In this document: positions 8,387 to 14,662 of the stretch, piece by piece
Numbering within the stretch: the stretch's first letter is position 1
Layout: every line of letters begins with the position of its first letter
Assembly (NCBI RefSeq): GCF_006345805.1
Contig: NW_021825773.1
Location: 1-14,662, forward strand
Direction: 5' to 3'
Source: Octopus sinensis
Taxonomy: Eukaryota
Length of the DNA: 14,662 nucleotides
The notes under the pieces: model-generated
Databases searched by the model: none
What the model was told of the DNA's origin: nothing
The model's input: only the letters and a program-made list of their open reading frames with translations
Program-made: the position numbers and the translations under genes

Positions 8387-8765
8387 GCACTTATACACAG
8401 GTATGTATGATTGTGTATAGGAGAATATATTACTTAAAGAAATTCCAACTTTGATTTCATGATTTATTTCAATCCTATAATAATATATGATAAGATAAGA
8501 TAACATATGAAGCGATAGAATATCAAATATCCACTCTGATTGAACTAGTACTTTCATGCATTCTTCAAGTTGTATAAAAATAGTTATTGTCTGCCATCAT
8601 TCAAAGAGAAATAAAGTCTCCATAAAGTGTAAAAGTTAGAAATAATTTGTATGGTGTTAGTAACAAAATATTTTGTTAGAAATAGGATTATTATCATCGG
8701 TCTTAAATTTAATCTCGCCAGTGTAGATATGTGGTGTATAAATATCAAATTTTAATATTTACAGG

Positions 8766-9760
8766 AAAGTAGCAAAATTGATTTTACATTACAATGCCGG
8801 TTCAAATGACTTCAGTATTAATTTTTTACAGAAATTAGAAAAGGTTTATCCACTTATCTGAATATTCTATTACCTCATGAAAGTTATTCTCATTTTGCGG
8901 CTTGTATCGGATAAGAATACTGACCGAAGTACACATATTTTATAACCCGTTATGTGTTTTTTTAACGGAGTGTCAGTATTTTCTGTCGATGTATGTATTC
9001 GCTGTACTTTAATATCCGGAAAATAAATCCATTTTTAAGAAATTCACCATTCTACACGACGCAAAGTAATATAAGATGAGGTGATTGCTTAAGAATGCAA
9101 TACAATTCCCTTTACGGGATTGAAACCGCGATCTCGCTATCGCGAATGTAACACCGTCAACAGCGTGGTCATTCGCCTTGGACACCAATTATATTATTTA
9201 ACATGTTATATGACATAAGTGGGACAGCATCCAGAATCCTTCTATCTACTAGGCGTTTCCCGAAGCAACACCCATGAATTTACATGGATCCCGAGAGAAA
9301 AAATCTGAGCGTTACTCCTAAGTGATGTCTCTTGTAGCTAACGATATGGCGTTGTATCAGTAATGATAGAAAGTCTGACGCAGATAATTGCGTTGTTTGA
9401 TGTGGTGATACAGTCTGAGAACGAGGCCAATTTTAGGTACATATCTTTGTTTGTTTTTTTGTGTTTTACTTAGGGTGTTGTTGTCGACGTTGTTGTTTGC
9501 CACTGACTGATCGTAATTTTGCACAAAGGCATTCCAATTATACCCTACTAATTATTTTTATTCAAACATTAGCAACCATGTCCTCCATTGTCTAAAATAA
9601 GAGTGTGTGATTGGAAAGAGATCGCAGGTATCTCCAGGTGTTTGATGGAAAAACATTGTAAACATATCTGCGTCACAAGCCAATGTTTTCCTGATTGAGT
9701 AAAGCTATGGTCAGAGGACATCCAGTCGTCATCTTCCCATCCATTTAGTTATATAGCATT
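8766..9760 (+). pseudogene. Older, diverged paralog of the P block
   Basis: Perfect islands shared with the left copy: ttatccacttatctgaatattctatt (8846-8871 = 2116-2141) and tactttaatatccggaaaataaatccat (9005-9032 = 2281-2308). Translates ..FFTEIRKGLSTYLNILLPH..YFNIRKINPF..QLYY..GQHPESFYLLG..ENEANF..[insert]..KHICVTSQCF..KAMVRGHPVVIFPSI. Confidence 0.6.
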
Positions 9761-10073
9761 GTCTCCGGTCTCTAGGTGAGCAGGATTTTCCCTGAATTCA
9801 ACTGCTTCAGCACACATGCAACCAAAAACCCATAGGACACTTGTATACCACTAAATACATGCTTCCACCACCTCAGATCTGAATGAATGCTTCGCCAACC
9901 TTCCCATCCCCGCAGGACAGGACTTTCGAATGAAAAATAAGTTTTTCGCTTAAAAAGTATAGAGTTAAATTAAAAATATAATATTAAACAAGAATATCAA
10001 GCAAAATAGTCGGCAATGCTGTACACAATGCCTGTACACAAATTTACAAATTGCTTTGCAGCGCTTCTGTCGG

Positions 10074-10945
10074 CTATTCGCGTTCTGAGTTCCTTTCCCG
10101 CCGAAGTCCCCTTTGCATTTCATTTCTCAGAGGAGCTGAAGTCCAATTAGTCGACTGACCACTTCCCCCACAAAACAACAACCACTGGCATTCTACCTAG
10201 CGAGAGTAGAGTAAACATATATGAGCGGCAATCTAGGATTTCAGGACAAAGAATTGCTACGCGGTGGTGTTATGTAATCATGTCTGGGTATTTAAAATGC
10301 ATCGGGATATATATACATACACAAACAAGAACAAATATATGTGCGTGTATGTGTGTGTGTAAGTGTACCTGTGTGTGTATGTGAATGTGAATGTGTGCAA
10401 ATATGTACGTTTGTGTGTTATATATATATATATATATATATATATAGGCGTAAAGTCCTGTGAGTGATTTGGTAGACAGAAACTTAAAGAAGCCCGTCGT
10501 ATATATGTATATATATGTGCGTGTGGTGTCTATATGTTTCTATGTGTTTTTTATTGGTCACTTTGCCGATCCGCTATGTTAAGGGGGGGGGGGGTTATGG
10601 TTGCTTGGAACCAAATGCTCACCGACAAATTATCGTCAGAAATTAAATAAGTTTTCTCCACTTATCTGAATATTCTATGGCCTCATATAAGTTTTTGATC
10701 GATTATTGGGATGGCGATATCTCATTTCTCTAGTTACTAAAATGCAAACCCGACGAATTTCCCTCCTTTCCCAGAATATATTTCAGTTGGTTGTAAATTA
10801 TGCTTGTTGTTCATTGATGACAAGGCTATGATCAGAGGCGTTTCGGTCATGATCATCCCGTCGATTTACTTACTTCACAATATGTGTTGTGTTCTTTCCT
10901 TGGTTAAATCGGTAGGGTGTGAGACAATTGAATATCATTGTCACA
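10074..10945 (+). repeat. Third, internally deleted copy of the unit (SINE-B remnant, SINE-A fragment, unique tail, P fragments)
   Basis: Short segments match ~679-960, ~1400-1440, ~1878-1925, ~2100-2160, ~2550-2815 in the same order, joined by deletions. Confidence 0.85.
10447..10530 (+). mobile_element. SINE family A, internal fragment
   Basis: tgtgagtgatttggtagacagaaacttaaagaagcccgtcgtatatatg matches the head/microsatellite junction of family A. Confidence 0.75.
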
Positions 10946-10969
10946 CATATGTATATATATATATATATA

Positions 10970-11120
10970 ACGGATTTCCTTCGGGTCCGTCTACTAAACC
11001 CACTCACAAGTCTTTGCTCGGCCCGAGGTTATAGTAGAAGACTTCCCAGGTTGCCAAGCAGGGAAACGAAACCTGGACCTATATGCTTGCGGAGCAAGCT
11101 TCTTGCCACATAGCCACGCC
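10970..11120 (-). mobile_element. SINE family A, 5' half (duplicate of 398-546)
   Basis: gggtccgtctac..cccactcacaagtctttgctcgg.ccgagg.tatagt..cacatagccacgcc shares diagnostic variants with 398-546. Confidence 0.85.
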
Positions 11121-11599
11121 TATGCATGTGTGTTTATGTCGACGTCTATAAACAGGATGAAGAGGACATCAAATGTTTAACTAATATTTCTTACGTGCGT
11201 GTAACAACGTTATGGTTGCTTGGAACCAAATGCTCACCGACAAATGATTGTCACGAACAACGTTATTCTATTAAGTTGCATAGTTATAGAAAGATAGAGA
11301 GAGATGGAAAAATAAATCATATATATGTGTGTGTATATATAAATGTTAAATCTTAAAAAAAAAATAAAAAACTCGATTTATCTATTCGCATTCTGATTTC
11401 CTTTCCTGTCGAACTACACTTTGCCTTTCATTTCTCAGAGTGCTGAAGTCCAATTAGTCGACTGTCCAATTCCCCCGCAAAACACAACCACTGGCAATCT
11501 ACCTAACCCAGAACCACTTATAGGCGGCAATCTAGGACTTTAGGACGAAAATTTCTACGCGGGGTCATACGTAATCATGTATGGTTATATAAGATGCAT

Positions 11600-11797
11600 A
11601 GGATATATACATAAACAAACACGCACAATATGTGTGTGTGTATGAATGTGTGCGCATATGAGTGTGTGTATGTATTTTCGTTTGTATATATATATATATA
11701 TATATATATAAATATATATATGTATATATATATAATATATATATCTATATGTTTATATATATATATAAATATATATATGTATATATATGTATATAAT

Positions 11798-11848
<51 letters not shown>

Positions 11849-12010
11849 GTGAGTGTGTGTCTACATGTGTGTTGGAAATCATGCACATGTGTACGAGGCA
11901 AAACACTCACACACAGACACACACACACATATATATATATAGGTATATAAGTACATATTTATATATTCATACGCATTTTATATATACACACACGCATGCG
12001 CACACACACA
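11600..12010. repeat. Compound microsatellite (TG/TA/CA), duplicate of 900-1270
   Basis: Same anchor words (gtgagtgtgtgtctacatgt, atgcaca.gtgtacgaggc.aaaca) but a much longer (TA)n and a shorter (CA)n. Confidence 0.95.
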
Positions 12011-12037
12011 TATAAAGGTGTATTCTTATTCTTTAAA

Positions 12038-12491
12038 TTCCTTTACGTGTTGAAGTCATTTGCCCACGGTCATGCTGGAGCACCATATCAAAAAAAAGCC
12101 TTTAAGCCCAATAAATTGACATCAGAGCTTATTCTTTGTAAGCCAAGTACTTATTTTATTGGCCGCTTTTGCCGAACCGCAATGTTAAGGAGGGGCCTTA
12201 AAAAACTTGCTGTCAAGATATGAATGGGTAACAACATAGTCGCAAAGACAGAAACACACATACACACACAAACAAACTCAAACTCACACACACACACACA
12301 AACACATATTGCTTCAATATATATAGATACATATAGAACGCACTTCTTTCGGTTTCCGTCTACCAAATCCACTCGTAAGGCTTTGGTCGGTCTGAGGTTA
12401 TAGTAGAAGACACTTTCCCAATTGCCATGCAGTGAAACTGAACCTGGAACTATCTGCTTGTGAAGCATGTTTCTTACCACACAGCCACGCC
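12038..12491 (-). mobile_element. SINE family A, near full length (duplicate of 1288-1788)
   Basis: Same body, microsatellite and head order, with shared variants (tttaagcccaata, cactttcccaa.ttgccatgcagtgaaactgaacctgga). Confidence 0.85.
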
Positions 12492-12729
12492 ATGCATATG
12501 TGTTTATGTAGAAGTCTATATACAGGATGAACAGGACAAAGAAATGTTTGAATAATATTCTGAAGTGCATGTAACAACGTTATGGTTGCTTGGACCAAAT
12601 CTCTCACCGACAAATGATCGTCAGGAACAACTTATTTGTATTAATTTGCATAGCTATAGAAAGATAGAGAGAGAGGGAAAAATAATCATATATACATGTG
12701 TGTGTAATACAAATGTTAAATCTTAAAAG

Positions 12730-13660
12730 AAAAGTAACAAAAATTGATTTACCTTATAGAGCCGGCCCCAAATATGACTTCGGTTTGAATTTTTGACAGA
12801 AATTAAATGTTTTATCCACTTATCTGAATATTCTATTGCCTCATATAAGTTTTTTGTCTCAACCTTCCAGGTGCTATCCGAAAAGCATACTGAATGAAAT
12901 ACCCTGTTGTAATAATTCTCTAATTATTTTTAAAACGAGAGTGGCAGTATTTTTTCTTGATGTATGTGATTGGCTGAAATTCTTTAATATCCGGAAAATA
13001 AATCCATTTTCCAGCTAGTCACCATTCCTACACGTCGAGTGTTGAAATGGTCGCTGTGCAACATAAGATGAATTGTTCTGCGCACAAAACATCACTCGTC
13101 CCAGGATCTGAAATCACGACCTTAATCACGATTTCATGTCCTCGACTTCTATTATATTACCAAAACTTTATTTTTCATATGTCCTGACAACACCCACAGA
13201 ATATTCTTATCTACTTGTCGCTTTTCTAAAACAAACGCCATTGTTTTTACCGATTATTGGGATGGCGATATCTGCTCAAAAATATGACCTCATCGCTCTA
13301 GTTACTAAAATGGAAACCCGGCCAATTTTCCTCGTTTCGCAGAATATATTTCAGTTATTTGTAAAGAATGCTTGTTGTTCAATGATGACAAGACTATGAT
13401 CAGAGGCGTTTCGGTCATGATCATCCCGTCGATTTACTTACATCGCAATGGTGTGTGGTTCTTTCCGTGTTTAAGACGGGTAGGGTGTGAGACAATGGAA
13501 TATCATTGACTCAAATGCTTACGATAGGGCTGATAGCGCAAACGTTCAAGTAATGGACAATCATTAGTCCTGAAACCTACACCTGCAATCATTATTGTAA
13601 ACATCACATGATGTGGATGTTATTTTCATAGATCTCTCCGAAATATAAGTCCGACCTTAC
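12730..13660 (+). pseudogene. P block, right-hand young copy (distal ~350 bp deleted)
   Basis: Colinear with 2031-2965. Shares the 2-nt frameshift after QHP with the left copy. Contains the ORFs 12836-13018 and 13136-13399. Confidence 0.55.
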
Positions 13661-14662
13661 AATTAATTTTGCTTAGAAACTCTGTCTCCCTTTCAGCTTC
13701 CTTTCAGCAAACATAACCATGTCTCAATATTACTATTCCTGCAACTATCTTGCCAATCGACATTGCCATACATTCTCTTGTCAGTAGATTATCTCTACTT
13801 TTTTTATTGTTTAATTTCATTTGGCTTTTTCCTTTCCTATCTCCTACTATAACTCAGGCAAATCATAAATTTCATTCATTATTATATATATCAAACTTAG
13901 CTAACTCTACCCTACTTTCTGCTGATATTAAACCGCTTCCACCTTCGTTATTCTAAGTAAGTGCAATCTTGCTTCCTAATCGAGGCTGAAGTCCTCTATT
14001 CATATTGAATTCCTTCCTAGTTCTTCTGTCTAGATTTGCTAATTCAGATCTTTTCCAATCAACAAATTCTGCTGAATACCCGAAGTAACGACACTTCCAA
14101 AGTTTTTACAACCTTTACTAGATTTAGAACCCTTCGCTTTCCCTTCATTAGCTTCTTCAACCTTCCGATGTACTCCTTAGCTATTTTTGTTTTCATTTCA
14201 TTGTTAGTACACTCTCAGATTCTAATACTCCGAAGCACTTATGATTCTCTGCCTTCAGTGATTTTACTTTCTTGCTATCTGGCCTTCACTGCTGACTACT
14301 GTCCCCTTTTAATGATTTATGATACGCACATATCTATGCAAATTCCATGCTATATCTTTTCTTAAGCGCCTTACAATTCCTATTAAGGAACCAAAAAGCT
14401 TCTAATCGTCCATCTTGAGCAAATGATTAATTTTCTTTTACATCTCTAAACTGATACACCTGACTTTGCCTTTCTAGTACTAAATTGACGAAGCTACGCA
14501 TAACACAAATATTAATGGAGATAAAGGGTCTCCCTGAGAGTCCTCACCTGATATAACTTTTGTTAGGCAGTGTCACCTGAGTAGAGATATAATTTCCAAT
14601 TCTTTACACTATTGCTGTAACTAATTAAGTCTCTTGTGTTGTCTGCAATACTGAATATACTC
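13660..14662 (-). mobile_element. R4/Dong-clade LINE fragment including the RT core, degenerate; runs off the window end
   Basis: Duplicate of 3315-4027 plus upstream RT motifs on the minus strand: SQGDPLSPLIFVLC (QGDPLSP at 14516-14536) and KINHLLKMDD*KLFG (MDD at 14405-14413), matching FQGDSLSPLLF and INHLLFMDDLKLF. Confidence 0.9.

Larger units (their letters stand above)
10880..14379 (+). repeat. Segmental duplication, right copy
   Basis: Same module order and same junctions as 147-4027. Homology with the left copy ends at ttacaattc (14379 vs 4027). Confidence 0.93.

Noticed and set aside
14036-14365. 109-aa + strand ORF (also 13750-13956, 3963-4163, 4477-4662)
   Set aside because: These are antisense shadows of the minus-strand LINE or read-throughs into repeats.
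147-14379. CRISPR array, prophage or other prokaryotic system suggested by recurring motifs
   Set aside because: The repeats are dispersed SINEs and kb-scale duplications, with no regular repeat-spacer periodicity and no prokaryote-like gene density.

Overview
AT-rich eukaryotic DNA with no intact gene, almost certainly from an octopus or other coleoid cephalopod. This call rests on recognisable Octopus-type tRNA-derived SINEs, an R4/Dong-clade LINE and dense (TA)n/(CA)n/(TAT)n microsatellites. All ORFs in the supplied track are low-complexity artefacts, SINE read-throughs or fragments of decayed elements. The real structure is a history of duplications. A ~3.5-3.9 kb composite block occurs twice, at ~147-4027 and ~10880-14379. 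It runs: decayed-ORF tail, SINE head, SINE-B remnant, SINE, decayed ORF, R4/Dong LINE fragment. A third, serially deleted copy lies at ~10074-10945 and an older paralog of the decayed ORF at ~8766-9760. The decayed ORF ('P block') shows many synonymous third-position differences between old and young copies on the + strand, so it probably once coded for a protein, but I cannot name the family. Between the two large copies is a SINE pile-up (4577-7125) that includes a SINE inserted in antisense orientation into the central microsatellite of its own family.
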